This document shows positions 29,614 to 45,579 of a DNA stretch of 64,000 nt, piece by piece. Source of the stretch: Eledone cirrhosa (Eukaryota). Where the stretch lies: positions 117,304,001 to 117,368,000 of the forward strand of contig OZ024740.1 of NCBI GenBank assembly GCA_964016885.1, read 5' to 3'. The position numbers were made by a program, and so were the translations under genes. Numbering within the stretch: the first letter of the stretch is position 1; every line of letters starts with the position of its first letter. The notes under the pieces are model-generated. The model did not search any database and was not told the origin of the DNA. It worked only from the letters and a program-made list of their open reading frames with translations.

Positions 29614-30442
29614 CATTTATATATTCATAACTGGATCCAAAAAGTAATAAGTCGAGATACAATTTTATAATTGTCTAATTTAACTTATAACGAACCAATA
29701 AACACTTCATTAAATAATGTTATTTCTTCATTGCCACATACCACACCACATTTATAGTTAGCATATTTAATGCACCCTGCATTCCATATGTGAAAGCTAA
29801 ATTAACTGTTTCAAAATGAGCACCTATTTCAGTACTAATTAGAGTGCGGTCATGCTGGGGTACCTATTTAATTTACTTGTACTTATTTTATGGAGCTCTT
29901 TTTTACAATCCACCAAATATCGGTGCATACACAAAACAATCATAAACACACACACGAGAAGTTTTGCTTTTTAAAAGCATGTTTAATGTCGGTGTAATCT
30001 GTTTTATTGGGAGTATAATATAGGATCAGCTGTAATTTCTTAATATGGATATGATATATTGTTGAATATATTGTTTAGGATAATTATCTGGATTAAACGC
30101 TGTATTTATTTGAGTATTTGTATATCGTGTAACGGGACTTCGTTAATTCAGGCTTGTTATATTCATTTACATTTTTTTCGCTGTTGTGTGGGGTTATGAA
30201 AAGTAATTTCATATATCATTATATATGTATTTATATACATATATAATGATATATGAAATTACTGGGTATGAATAAAAGTTGTGGCCGTAATATAGCAGGC
30301 ACTAATCGAATTGTTTGAGGCAATCCCAAAGGCCCCAAAAAAGAGAGAAGTTAGTAAATTATCGTCCAGAGTAAATACGAAAGTTAACGTGTAACACCAA
30401 GAAAAACGACCAAAAGCAGTGGCCATACTTATAACACAACAA

Positions 30443-30476
<34 letters not shown>

Positions 30477-31316
30477 CTCATATAAAGAGCTTCTGTACTT
30501 TCTACAGAATTCTACTCACAACTCATTGATGTAGAGAAGGCTATAGTAGTAAACAGGTGATGCGTAGTGCGAATGAACCCAAAACCACATCGTTGCATAA
30601 TGAACTACTTATCAACACAACCATGCTTGTGTTTTCTATATTTTTTAATGAATGTTAGAGTGTTCAATGGTTGCAATTACAGTCTTGTAGCATAAATCGG
30701 TTACTGGTACATATTCCCCGTGAACTGGGATACGAATATTGCCTGTAGTCAGAGATGCAATATTAACAACCACTTACAACTATACTAAAATTATTTAAGC
30801 TGAGTGTGAATACAATCAAATAAAACAAGGTATATACTTCCTCAGGGTATCTATATAACATTGATGTTTGAAAAATTCACTTCACAATCTTATTTTAGTG
30901 AATATTATTAACTTTGCCTTTCATCCTTACGGGGTCGATAAAATAAAGTACCAGAAATGTACAGAGTAATTGCTGGCCTTGTGCCTGAAATAGAAACAAT
31001 TATTAAATGTATAACTACCTAACATCGCACAAGCACACACACATATTATATATATATATATAAGTGTGTGTATGTGTATGTGCGTGAGACCCGTATTCAA
31101 TCGGGGTTAACCAAAGTCAGAAAGCTACTCAATACATTAGTAGAGTTTATATTTTAAATTTATTTCTTATATATATATACACACATATACACTCTGTTTT
31201 GCTAGTTTAAGTTATCAGACAACGGCCATAGAAATTACGCGCGCGCGATCGCACGCACGCCCCCCCCCCCCCATATATACACACACACAATGTGTGTGTG
31301 TATATATGTATATATG

Positions 31317-31470
31317 AAAAGATTCAGGACCCCCGACAGCTAGATCCGAACGGTTTGGATCTAGCTGTCGAAACGGCCGAGCTCAGCTGTGGGGGTGCTG
31401 AATCTTTTCCTATTACCCACTCTACTACCCAAAGTATCGAGTACTCTGGTGCGTTATGGTCCACTTGGTG
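31317..31470 (+). mobile_element. Divergent copy of the 56858 family lacking the CUGANGA strand
   Basis: gaccccc-gacagctagatccgaa/tttggatctagctgtc-gaaacggc...gctgtggggg, then ttcctattacccactctactaccc. Confidence 0.7.
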
Positions 31471-34400
31471 TGTGTGTGTGTGTGTGTGTGTCTATAAGAA
31501 TAATATTCCAAAGGAATTTGGTGAAACAGATTGGCTAAGTTACAATATATATACTGTATGATATTTATGTTCCCAGTTCAAATCTCACCGCGGGCGACTG
31601 ACTATCTATAAAATATATTGGATTTATAGAAAATGTCTATTCTACCGAATAAATGTTTAATTTTTTTTATATCTCTAAACGTATGATGGCTGGATTCTTA
31701 CATTATTATTTTTCAGTTTGATTTAACTTCCTCGATTATGATAGGATCACCTGTTTAATGTCTCTTCAAATAATTAAGTTTGTCAGAAATATTTTTTATG
31801 AAATAATATTGTTATGTCCTTATAAAGGTTTATGTAATTTACATAGACATATCTCAGATCACACGAGAAGTAATAAGTTGTAAAATTCATTCTTTTCTAA
31901 AATAAGAAATAAAGAAGGGAATATATTATAATATTTGTTTATATTAATAAACGTTCAGGTTGTTTCTATTAAGGTAACAATATACTTCAACACATGCTGT
32001 TAGCTGAAGTATAGAAATATAAAATTTTAAAGTATTTTCCAGAAGCGATAAATCTTTTTTCTTTAATATAAATTGTAACATACGGTTTTTATTTTAGTTT
32101 TTAACTTCAGAATTTCTATTTTATAAATAGATATATACAGAGAAAAAACGTCATTATATCGACGTGAAAAAATGATTTCTAAACATATTTTCAAAAGCCT
32201 TGTTAATTTGTAAATTCTTATTAACTTTTTTCGTTATTAATTTTCCTTAGTTCAACTGCTGGTTGAATTAATCGCAATATATTATATATGTGATTAAGGA
32301 ATTCAACTCCTAATGAAGTATTGAAACCGTACGAATAGTATCAAAATTTGAAATATTAATATCAAAATACACGCCAAATACCGTTAAAACATTTTGTATT
32401 TTGTGCTATCATAAATACTATTTAACACTGTCCTCGGTTATATTCAATGATGATCTCTATACTATGGTATTCATCCACAATCCATCTGTATGTCAATCTA
32501 TTAAACAATGAAGAGAAACGCAATATATGCTGACTGCCATACAATATACAACTGCATGTATACGATAAACTGCGTGTTTTCGGAGTATACAGTGTGGTCC
32601 TTACTTAGAAGGAAATATAACATTTCTGGAGTGATGGCTCATTGGGGATGGTACCTTATCGGTGTTTAGTGTGTGGTCTTAAACCAGTCGGAAATATAAC
32701 ATATCATGGTGGCTCTTGGGATCACCCTTGTCATTCGATCTACTACATACAAACAAATGAATGAAACTCGACTTAGTCACTCGACCTGTTAGAAATAGCA
32801 GTTAAATTTCCATCAAATCAACCTACCGTTTCCGATACGTTGGATAATGAATTTCTGGTTTCTTTGTGCATAGAAAAAATAGAAGGCCGCGAATGTTATT
32901 GATTAGGTCTGACAGGCAGCGATAGATTTAATGAGGGGATGGGGACAATTGTCCTGAGGACCCTGCAGTGGGGACCCCACCAACGACGGCCGTAGCAATT
33001 TATTTTTGCCCTCAGCTGGGCTTTTTAGTTTTAGGCTGTTTAGGATTTTTGAATTTAATACCTGTATGTATAAAGTTTCAATTCCAATTACTCGAGCCAA
33101 GTTAAATTTGATATGTAAAATGGGTGGGGTTGGGGGGTGGGGTATTCTAATTTTTTGTGTATGAGAGGCTCCCCCAAACCTGAAGAGCCCCCCCCCCCAT
33201 GTCTAAATCAAATCCTGTTGACAAGGACTACATCATTTGTTTCTTAAGTAGTTCTAAAATATGAGTTTTAGGAGAATAGAATACTTCGTGCCTTTCCGCA
33301 TACAAATAACGATATAAAATAAAATCCTTCCTGTCGTGAGTTTAAAGAAAATGTCTGAATTGTTAAGCTGCTAAATATGACACAAATACATTCGATATAG
33401 CAGTTATAAAATACTAAATGATTGGCTCTTGGTATCACTTCCTTTTATCACAAGTCACGTGACAATCTGTTTACATTTTTATAAGTTTTTTGAGTTTTTT
33501 TTTTACTACTGATACATAAATATCGATACCTGCGTTTTCTTCATATCGTTATACAACATATGATGAGCCAAGGAGATAACATCGCCCTCAATATTTGCAT
33601 ATGTAGTCGAAAACACAAATACAAATACAAATATACGTATATATGTATGCACGTGTATGTGTATGTGTAATAATAATAATAATTGTTTCTACTTTTAGCA
33701 CAAGGCCAGCAATTAACCAGTACATTACTGGTACTTTATTTTAGGATGAAAGGCAAAGTTAACCTCGGCGGGATTTGAACTCAGATCGTAAAGGGACGTA
33801 ACTATGCTGGAAAGCATGTCTGACCCTCTACCAATACTGCCAATTCACAATAATGATTTCTAGTATAGGCACAAGGCAGGTAATTTGGGGCGGAGGGGAA
33901 GTCGATTAAATCGACCCCAGTACGTACGTTACTGGTGCTTTATTTTATCGACTCCGTAAGGATGAAAAGCAATGTTAACCTCGGTGGGATTTGAACTCAG
34001 ACTGTAAAGGGACGTAACTATGCTAGAAAGCATGGCGTCCGACTCTCTACCGATACTGCCAATACACATGGTTTCTAATTTAGGCACAAGGCCAACGATT
34101 TAAGTCAGGAGACCTTCGATTATATCGACCACAGTATTTCTGAGTCTAAAGTCTGTCTCTAACCCGGAGTTTATCCGGGTTTCCGTGCCGTTAAGCGACA
34201 GGGAGTACAAAAATTCCCACTGGACAAGACGCCAGTCCATCGCAGGGTTAAACTCCCATCTACTGCTGGTATTCATATTCAGCTGAATATACTAGAACAA
34301 TGTGAAATAAAGAACACAACACACAAACCAGTCCAGGAATAGAACCCACGATATTATGTTGTTAGTCCAACATACCACTAAGGCACACACCTCTATACAT

Positions 34401-37400
34401 CCCAGTACGTAACTGGTACTTTATATTATCGCCCATGGAAGGATGAAAGGCATAGCTAAACTCGGCTGGATTTGAACTCAAAAGAACAGAAATAGTTCAA
34501 ATGCCGCTGATGTCAAGATTGTTATTCATAAATCCTGTAGCACTAAAACAGATGTCTAAGAATCAAGGCCTATATGAACCCATATTCAATATATTTCAAG
34601 TCGTGATCATAACACATCATGTACATCAGCTTCGGGGTAAGAGCGGCAGATACATTTCACTGACGTTAGAGTTCGCCAGCACTTGTTAACACTCAGATTT
34701 TGAGGTAAACAAACTATACGTGAAAGCCTATTTACATATCGTGCAAGTGCACTATAATTAGTTTGCATCGTCATTACAAACGTATTTTCATTCACTTGGC
34801 GATCTCTATATTTATGCTAAATATGTTATTTCATACATTTTATCGATTTTCAACCTTTTGGTTTCGGTCATGCTGGGGCACCACCAGGAATTTAAACAGT
34901 TTTTTTTTTAAATTAATTTTCAGCATATATGCTTTGAATTGTAATCGATAATATCCTTTTTTTTTTTTAGATTTTGGAATGTTTCGAAAATCCGAATTAA
35001 ATTCCTCGCGAAAAATAGACATGAAAATAGAAACGCCATCTACTAACAAAAATGAGACAACCAGAGTTATGTGCCTTGACAAAAATTACAATCAATGACT
35101 GCATCCATGTGAAATTTAAGAGAATGTCAAAATATATCTAACTTCATGTTTATGTTTGTTAGAAATAAATATAACGAGGTCCTTATTAACAGGAAAATAA
35201 AGATTGGAGAGATTATATACACAATCAATGAATTTATAATATGACAACAATTGGCCATATCTTTTGAATTCTTTCGGTTTGATAACTTTTTCATACATCC
35301 TTTTATTTCTGACATTAATAAACTGTCTTATGCGTAAAAATGAAATGAAATTTACATTTCACTCCTGTGCAGATTTAGCTGCCCTCCTACGAGGTTTCAT
35401 CTCATAGGACGTTTCTCAAGTGTGTTAATGACAGGTTCTTCAATCTTATCACGAGAGCAACTAATGATAGATTCGATACATTGCCAAAGGTCTCAAGACC
35501 ACCCAATCTAGTTATAAGCAACATTGGTAGACATCATAACTCTAAATAAGTTATACGGTTGAAGGATTTGATAGTTTACATTAACCACGAAGCTCTATTT
35601 ATCCCTTGGATATATCCAAAAGATAGAGTCATGTTTTTATGATCAATCAATGACTATATTAACTCACTTGATATGCCCAGGAAGTGACTATATATAATCT
35701 TCTGGCTAGACACATAGGGAAAGGTGGGTGTGAATTGGTGTCTACAAATACAGCTTTTATTTCACAAACCAGAGAAAACGAACTCGATAGATATTATAGA
35801 GTATAATTTTTTTTAAATCGATATTCGATATACTAAATTATATATTGTCAAATGATAAGTGAAGGAGTTATGAATTAAATATGCTTGAAAAAATCAGATT
35901 CTAACCAGGTCCGTATTATTCATATGGCTGACAAAGGAACCCGTTGTGATTAGGGGGCCCATCAATATGTATATATTTTTGTAGTCGGGTCAAGATGGGG
36001 TGAAAATAACTGAAAGCCCAGGAATCTGACCACGAAGTAATACGTCCCAGATTGTAATGCATACAATTATTATATTTGTAAAGCTTTTAATGTTTTCTTT
36101 TGTTTTGTAATTTTTCGGGGGGAAAGTGTCAAAGCCTGATGGATTTTAAACAATTTATATACAGTTATTTAGACTGATAGCAGATGTTCCAGTTATGACC
36201 ATAATGTATCATTTCTTGTATTGTTTTAGACGGTAGTATGTGATCTGAGGGGGATTTGTCAATTATTTGTCAATTATATCTATGGGGGGTGGGGGTGGGG
36301 GTGCAGTAAACTACTACTGCAATCTCTGTTTTCCATGCTAGTGTATAATTGTTTCTACTTTTGGTACTTTATTTTATCAAAGTTAACCTCGGAGGGATTT
36401 GAACTCAGTGTATAATATTTATTAATAATAAACACGAATTCCTCAGAAAGGAAATATACTTTGTATAAATCTAGAGATTGATGATCAGAAGATAAACATG
36501 TATATAAACTTCTCTTTCGGTTCATGGTGGAATGAATCATAAGAAACAATATTACATTGCTATAACTATAGCGAATACTATAAAGTTGATAATAATTATT
36601 GATTGCTTCAAAGCTGCTACTCAATATTTACATAAGCACATACATTTCTGAGATGCAAGGGTTGATTATATCGACCACAATATTTGACTGATATATATTT
36701 TATTGATATGGGAAGGACGAAAGTCAACCTCGGTGGAATTTGAACACAAAACGCAGAGGGCTGTAATTAAATATAACTATTTGACCGACCTGCTCTTCTA
36801 CTAACCCATCCCTATTCTTGTATATCAATGATAGATACATATTTGGTCGAAATTGGTTCAGTTAATATTATGGGTGTCTCTTCATAGAAAACAATATCTA
36901 GGATAATACAGCTGGTATATCCGTTTGCTTCAATATTTATTATTTAGTATCAGGTAAGGCAGTGGATTAGCAGTGTCGGTAGAGCTTCGGACAAGTGTTG
37001 CAACATAGAGTTACGGCCCATTATGTTCTGAGTTCAAATCCTGCTGAGGTTAGCTTTGCCTTTCATCCTTACGGGGTCGATAAAATAAAGCAACAGTAAT
37101 GCACTAGGGTCGATTTAATCGATGTCCTCCTGCACCCAAAATCAAACCATTATTTGGGTTCAGGTTAGTTCTGATCAAACTTATATTCAACGTGTTCCAT
37201 CACACTATGTTTTTAGGCAATATATCCAAAACTACATTATCCAAAGTATACTCCCTTGTGAAGATGGTGTAATGTGATGGTAATTTCTGTAGTATTTTGA
37301 GCGGGTTGTAAAACAACGCAAAAGCTTCAACTTGCTTAGATAGCCATTTCTAACTCTTACTCAGTGTATTATCGATAAGATCGAACTTAGTGTTTAACCG

Positions 37401-39586
37401 TTAATTATTTTATCGACTCTAGAAGAAAGAAAGACAAAGTCACCATTAGCAGAAATTAAAGACGTTTATATTAAACAGAAGATTATTTATTTTCGAGAAT
37501 TGTTTATCTATTTCAGAAAAGAAATATTTAAAAACGTGTCTCTAAAGGAAACTTCTCACAGCGTTTATCAAATACTTATGAAGGTATTTTTAAAGAATGG
37601 CTATGAAAGTGCAAATAAGCTGATAGGGCTTTATAAACGGTTTCTAATTTAGACTCATAGCCAGCAAATTGAGGGGTTTGGTAAGTCACGGAACTCAACT
37701 GGTATTTTATTTTTATACACCACATAAAGGTGGCATTGATGTCGGTGGCATTTGAACTCAGAACGTAAAGAGCCAGAATGAATACCGCAAACTATTTTGT
37801 TAGAGACTCTAAAGACTCTGACAATAATAACCATTTCTTACATGGTTCCAAGGGTAACAATTTGAGGCGGAAGATTAATCGAAATCAGCTTTAGTGCGTT
37901 ATTTTATCGATCCAAGAAGGGTGCAAACCAAAGTTGATTCTAGTGGGATTTCAACATAGATCTTAAAGCCTATAATAATAACAATGGTACAAGGCCAACA
38001 ATTTTGAGGGGAGGGGAAAGTTGATTAAATCGACCCCGTGTTACTGGTACTTTATTTTATCGACCCATTAAGGATGTAAGGCAAAGATAGTCTCGGTGGG
38101 ATTTGAACTCGGAACGTAAAGTGACGAAACTATATGCCGCAAAGACTATTGTCCGACGCTCTAGATAACTATTTATTTATTCATTTGCCAATAAGGCATG
38201 GCATGATATTTTAAGGAAAAATCACAAAAAAAATGAGGAGGTATATACCGGATCGTATACAACCCATCATGTACTGGGGTCAATTTATTCAACTATAGCC
38301 AATATCTATAAATAAAGGCAAATGGTCTGGTAATTAAGATGTTGGTTACACGATCATAAGATCATGCTTTCGATCCCTGGGCCGGGTGGTGCATTTTATC
38401 GTTGAGCAAGACACTTTATTTCTTGATGCTCCAGTTCATTCAGCAGAGGAGAAATGAGGGTTAAATTATCGAGAAAGCACCCATCTCCTATTCTGTTAGA
38501 AAAATCTCCCCTCCCGTTTTTTCCCGTGTGAATTCACCTAATTTTACCCTCAAAGGCGTCGCAAATAACATTTAAAGGAAAATAAGGTAGGTTGTGGTGG
38601 TGATCTTCGGAGTATCCCACACACAGAATTTTCTTTCGGTGGTTAGGTTTAGGGTTTCCGAAAAAAAGTCGTTTGAGATGCTTTTGGAGGTCACATTAGT
38701 TGAAAACACCCCTAAGGGCGGGGGGATAACAGAACTGGAGACGGGTGTTTTATCGGAAATTTTCCGATATGTGTACCAATTGTGACAGACTAGAGAATCT
38801 AGTCTTTTCAATTGCTTACCGCCAAGGAAATAAGCTGCGGCCTGATTAACCTTGGGACCTGGGACAAACAGACTATGGTTTTGGACGATTTAAAGTTAAG
38901 AATCATTATCAGTGTGTTGGCAGAATTGTGAGCGAAAATGCCTCCGTAATTTAATAGCATTCCTTTACTTTCCATTATGCGTTCAAATCCTGCAGGGTTA
39001 AGTTTGCCTTTCACTCTTCTTGGGTCGATAAAATAAGTATCAGATCTATTAAACTGACTGCGTATCCCACTATCTAAATAAGATATTAAACCTACCTTAG
39101 AGACTGGATATTTAGCTAATCTGAAGAATTTGTAGGTTTGGAACAGTGATTCTTAGTTTCAGTGGTATGTGTGGGAGAGAATGAGAGCGGACGCGATTGA
39201 TATTTGTGAGGGGAGAAATAGTTAATTCTGCTTACAGCTTAAAATTCTTACAAATCAGAAATTGTATTTAGGTTGTTGTCCTTGTTTAACCCCAAGCTAG
39301 ACCTCATTGATCGAATCTATGATCAAAGTTATTCCAGCAGTAACCAACACGTCTTTTACCTAAGTGCTAGAAACCGAGGTCCTCATTACCCATTTTTCTA
39401 AGACGGTGAAATATGATTTGCAGGAGATTTGGTTGTTATTTCTAGCAGGTCTAGCTACCACATAACTGTTCCATTATTGGTTCATTATCTATAGGTGGTG
39501 ATTTATTATATCAAACGACCAACTTTGATATACTGTGCTCATGTCTATAAGGACATTCTGTGTGTGTAGTTATGGATTGCTTATGT

Positions 39587-39627
<41 letters not shown>

Positions 39628-39648
39628 TATATATATACATATATATAA

Positions 39649-39689
<41 letters not shown>

Positions 39690-40148
39690 CATATATATAT
39701 ATATTTATATATATATATATATACATATATATAAATATATATATACACATATATACATACATATGTATATATATGTATAAATATATAAAATATATATATA
39801 TATATATAAAATATATATATATATATAAATATATATATACATATATATAAATATATATATACACATATATATAAATATATATACATATATATACATATAC
39901 ATATACATATATATAAATATATACATATACATATATATAAATATATATATATATACATATATATAAATATATATATACATATATATAAATATATATATAT
40001 ATATACATATATATAAATATAAATATATATATATACATATATATACATATATATACATATATATATACATATATATAAAACTATATACATATATACATAC
40101 ATATAAATATATATATATATACATAGCGGCGATGAATTAGTTTATATA

Positions 40149-40188
<40 letters not shown>

Positions 40189-40555
40189 TATAAATAAATA
40201 TACATATATAAATATATATATATATTCATATACATATATATAAATATATATGTATACATATAGTTATGTTGGTGCCACACCATCCAGGCCGAAACAAATG
40301 AGGTCGTGTAGGTGTCACGACAAAAAAACACACAGTCCACGCTGTAATGTGGCCGTGTAGGCAACACGGTAAAAACCTCCCAGACCCACACTGTAAATGT
40401 GGTTGGTGTTAGGAAGGGCATCCAACTGTAGAAAACCTGCCAGACAGTCCTATGCGAGCAAGACAATCACTCTTGCCTCAAGTGGGACTACTCCCGTCCA
40501 AACCCATGCAAGCGTGGAACACGGACGTTAAACGTTGATGATGATGATGATAATG

Positions 40556-40594
<39 letters not shown>

Positions 40595-40657
40595 TATGTA
40601 TATATATACATATATATGTATATATATATATATATATATGCATATGTATATATATAC

Positions 40658-40763
<106 letters not shown>

Positions 40764-40821
40764 GCATATGTATATATATACATATATATGTATATATATA
40801 CATATATATGTATATATATAC

Positions 40822-40901
<80 letters not shown>

Positions 40902-40973
40902 TTATATATGCATATGTATATATATACATATATATGTATATGTATATATATACATATATATGTATATATATAC

Positions 40974-41032
<59 letters not shown>

Positions 41033-41036
41033 CATA

Positions 41037-41096
<60 letters not shown>

Positions 41097-41185
41097 CATA
41101 TATGTATATATACATATATATATATGTGTATATATATACATATATATGTATATATACATATATATACATATATATATATATATAC

Positions 41186-41228
<43 letters not shown>

Positions 41229-41289
41229 CATATATGTATATATACATATATATATATGTGTATATATATACATATATATGTATATATAC

Positions 41290-41360
<71 letters not shown>

Positions 41361-44300
41361 CATAAATATATATTACATATATATACATATACATATACCT
41401 ATATATGGAGGCACATGGCTTAGTGTTGTGTGTTCAATTCTCAGACCGGGTGATGTGTTGTTTCCTTGAGCAAGACACTTTATTTCACATTGCTCCAGTT
41501 TACTCAGCTGTAGAAATGAGATGCAGTGGAGGTGCCACGGCAAAAAAGGACCCAAGCACTCACTGTAAATGAGGTTGGTGTTAGGAAGGGCATCCAGCTG
41601 TAGAAATCAAGCCAGAATCAGTTCCCGTCCCACCCTTGCAAGCAGGGAAAAGCGGACGTAAAATGATGATGATGATATATAATGTGGGGTTTTCCGCGCA
41701 GTATTCTGTGTGTGTGAGGATACACTCACACATGATATTCTATATGTGTGTCTGTGGCATTGTAACCACCTATGCCACCATCACATCGTATATATTTGCT
41801 GCAGGTTGGATTAAATCAACCACAGTGAGGTATTTGGCCTATGGCAATATAACATACCAAATATATAATTGACTTGAAAAACGTAATTCGTTTTTCTAAT
41901 ATAAATTTTATGCAGATGAAAAATTAATCTTGTCTATTAAACTGTTTATATAAAAACCTACCATCAGAGTTACTGAAGCATGGAACAAACTACCTGCATC
42001 AGCTGTTAGCTCTCGGGACCCTGCTTCCTTATAAAACCTCCATGCTTCCTGAAATTTGCCAACACTGCACCTGATATCCCCCCTCCATACACACGCACGC
42101 ATGTATCTGTGTGTATATCATAACTCATACACTGTTCACTTTCCTGACATTTGTAAATTATTCTAGGTACTACACATGCACCTTTGATGAGTTGTAGTGC
42201 ACCTGAGCACTGTACACAATCATTTCATCATCATTATCATACCATAAATTTATGTTAGAACCTTTGTGACACACACCAATTTAATAAGTAGAAAGTTAGT
42301 TTTATAACTAAATCCCTTCAAATTCTTTATTCTTTTCAAAGTGATTTGAAAATTATAAACAGCGTCATTCGTTAGAAATATCGCAACGAAATGGTTAACA
42401 GAAATTTAATAAAAATCTGAATCGTGATCACCGGCGTTTTCTAAGTTTAAGAGATGCAACTGTCGTTGGCTATTGAAAAACATCCGGTTTTACATCTTTA
42501 GAAAATTTTAATAGTAAATATAAGCGCCGGCATGATCATGTGTTTATGGGGTTCGCTTCGCAACCACATGGTTTGGGGTTCAAGTTTACTGCGGTATCTT
42601 GGACGAGTTTGATCAATGTCTTGCGAGTGAAATGTGCCGTCTTGTGTGTGTATGTGTGTGCTCATATGTTTGTGTTTGTGTGTGTGTTTGTGTGTTTGTG
42701 TGTTTGTGTGTTTGTGTGTGTGTGTGAGTGTGCATGCTTGCACGTTGGTGTGTGACTTGATGTCCCATACCATACGGGTTGAACAAATATTGACCGATGA
42801 TAAGAGTATCAGCCTTGAAAAAAATAAGTACTGGAACCGATATAATCTATTAAATCCTTTGAATGTGGTGTCCCAGCATAGTATTAATCTAATGAGTGAA
42901 ACCAATTAAAAATAAAAGACTGAATATATCTAGGATAGAACTGAATATTTATATGGACTCTACATATTTGACATGGAAATTCTTGCGAAAAACCATTGGA
43001 AATTACCATTAAATTGAGGTAAAATCGCATCAAAAGTTTTTCGAATTATGCATGTAATCAGTGGCTGTTTTCAGACATGAACAGAGACTTTGAATTGAAA
43101 ATGTTTAAAACGTATATCCGTCTTCCAACTGAGTATCTTACAGAAAACTAAAGTATTTACTTGGTAAATGATACTGACCAAGTTGAGTGAGTGCGTTAGT
43201 TATTACTAAGCCTTAGTAAGCTTCAGGCTGGAACCTTCTGTATATCTTATTACAATCACAGTGAACTTGTATGAAATATTGACGGTTTGAGTGTTCTTTC
43301 TTTGGATTTGTAAAATTATCTTGTTTCACTATATATGTGAATACACATAATAAAAGTATAAAATTTCATTATATGTATGCATGGTGTATATACTCTACTT
43401 TCTATGCTATATTAACACATAGGCGGGATTCTACAACTACGAGTATTTCGAGCCCTCATTGGCATTTCAATCTTAACTCCACTATAGCGGACCTATAGCT
43501 GACAGACCCATAGTCCATGCGGAAACCTTCGGCTTCAGTTTGATCAACTTTATAAATAACAGGGCTCTGTATACTTTGCATTGATTTAGTTGTATTAAAT
43601 GTATAACTAGTTTTGAATGGAAAAACAATTTCATACATCCGTCAATATACTGATAGAAATTGTTGGCATATCAACAATAATTCTGCAAGTTTCGCCTTAT
43701 GAAGGGAACTCATGAGGTAGGTGGCTGATGTAGCGGGTTTAACCGGCTGATCACCACGGCGATGCCTTCGTAATTTTGTAGAGGGATGCTGTTGTAACAT
43801 ACATACCACCTAAACAGATCTGTAGAGTCTATCAACTCCCTCCCTCCTTTACTTTCACTATTTAAATTTTTTAAGTCTAGTTGAATTGTAAATTTCCTTT
43901 TATTTTTGATAAACCTTAGATATTAGATGTTTTAATAAATGAATATAAAATGAGTCGGTGTAGTTGTGGTTGTCCCAACATACTTTTCAATGCTTTAATT
44001 GGCCATGTGGATATTGCAGAAGAAAATTTGTTAGAGAACTCGACCATGAGGCCTATGCAGCTAGCAAATTTTTTTTTTTTTTTTTTACATATTTTATTTT
44101 GGAAAAATAAACAATATATTCTCATTATAAAAAACAACAACCCCACATTGGTCAAATTTCTCACACTCCTTTACATATTTAAGATAGTATTAAAATTGTT
44201 AGGGAGGGTAAATACTAGCTTGTACATTGAGGTACAGCTAGAAACTTATGCTGCCTTAGTTGGATATTATCCATGTAATAGTCACTTTTCTACATTCACT

Positions 44301-44607
44301 TCATCTATATTCACTCATATGTTATTCATATAAAAGAGCACACACATTATGTATACTATGCAAATCTTCTAATTAGAAAATAAATTTCTTCAATCTACCC
44401 GCAAGTATTGAGTACTCATACAGTTAATGTTTGAATAAGTTAAATACCATGGTATTGTAAGCACATTCTAATTTATACACACAGACGCACGTGTTGCATC
44501 TATTTACGCGTATGTTGTGATATGTTTAGACACACGTTTTATCCATACACACACACATATATATTAATTTGGGAAACACAAGTAAGATGAAATATTTACC
44601 TATATAC

Positions 44608-44649
<42 letters not shown>

Positions 44650-44809
44650 GGTAAACAGAAATAACAACACAATCGGGGAAACGCAAATAAGATGAAATAT
44701 ATATATATAAATTTTGAACTCGGCTCAGCCAGGGCTCCCAGGACACTAGGTCGTGAAACACTGAAGCCTTTGAAGTTTTAGCTTCAACTTAGCTGCAGTC
44801 CAATGGTTT

Positions 44810-44910
<101 letters not shown>

Positions 44911-44911
44911 G

Positions 44912-44948
<37 letters not shown>

Positions 44949-45017
44949 GAGGGATAAAACGAGATACAGGAGAAAAAATGTCATCAATGATTTGTGTTGC
45001 TAGATACTATCACTTAC

Positions 45018-45579
45018 CTTTGTCATCTGCGTTGCAATATCCATCAGTGTTGGGGCTACCTTCTCGGGAAGAATGGTTAGATCCGGGAGAAGCAGGTAAG
45101 CGTCCTCCATACGTATTTACATCTTGGAGTGCAGAATAATAATCATGTTTCACCATTGTGGGTAGACCCGAACTATGTGTGCTGTTGTGACCTCCCATAT
45201 AGGCCGGATGGAGGTGTTGATTTGTGGCATTTTCTTTAGCCGCTACATTAACCCCGCAATATCCGTCAGGTATGTCCACTAGTGATCCGACCCCACCTGC
45301 ATTGACATGTGGAGGTGGAGCGAGAAAAGAATTGTTTGTTGCATTGAACACATTCCTTAAATATGCAGCTGATTGCACTAAACCGAAGTCTGTTGGGTAA
45401 GAAGAATAACCCAAAGCCCCAGCAGTCATCCCTCCTACTTGCATACAATCGTAGGTCCGAGGTGACGGCCGGGACAAATAACGCATTGCCATACTACCGT
45501 AGTCGGCGCCAGCGTTTCCAGTGTTTGGATTACATGTTTGTAGTGAACCTCCCGTATCCATGTGGTCACGGCGGTCCAT
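45018..45579 (-). CDS. Host protein-coding exon (probably first coding exon, 187 codons + 1 nt). Low-complexity S/G/A/P/Y/H-rich N-terminus typical of a developmental transcription factor; family not assignable
   Basis: Only long non-repetitive, GC-richer ORF in the window (MDRRDHMDTGG...DGYCNADDK). ATG at 45579 in aaaATGG context. Ends at the consensus donor AAAG|GTAAGT (intron starts 45017, phase 1). A polypyrimidine tract ending ttcttcttcAG (45597-45596) lies just upstream. No DNA-binding domain or YPWM motif is in this exon. Confidence 0.8.

Noticed and set aside
38572-38811. Overlapping ORFs as the second exon of the host gene
   Set aside because: No domain similarity; the ggttaggtttaggg-type content suggests a repeat remnant.
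45018-45579. Specific Hox, ParaHox or Mox gene name
   Set aside because: No homeodomain or hexapeptide is visible in the window, so a symbol cannot be supported.
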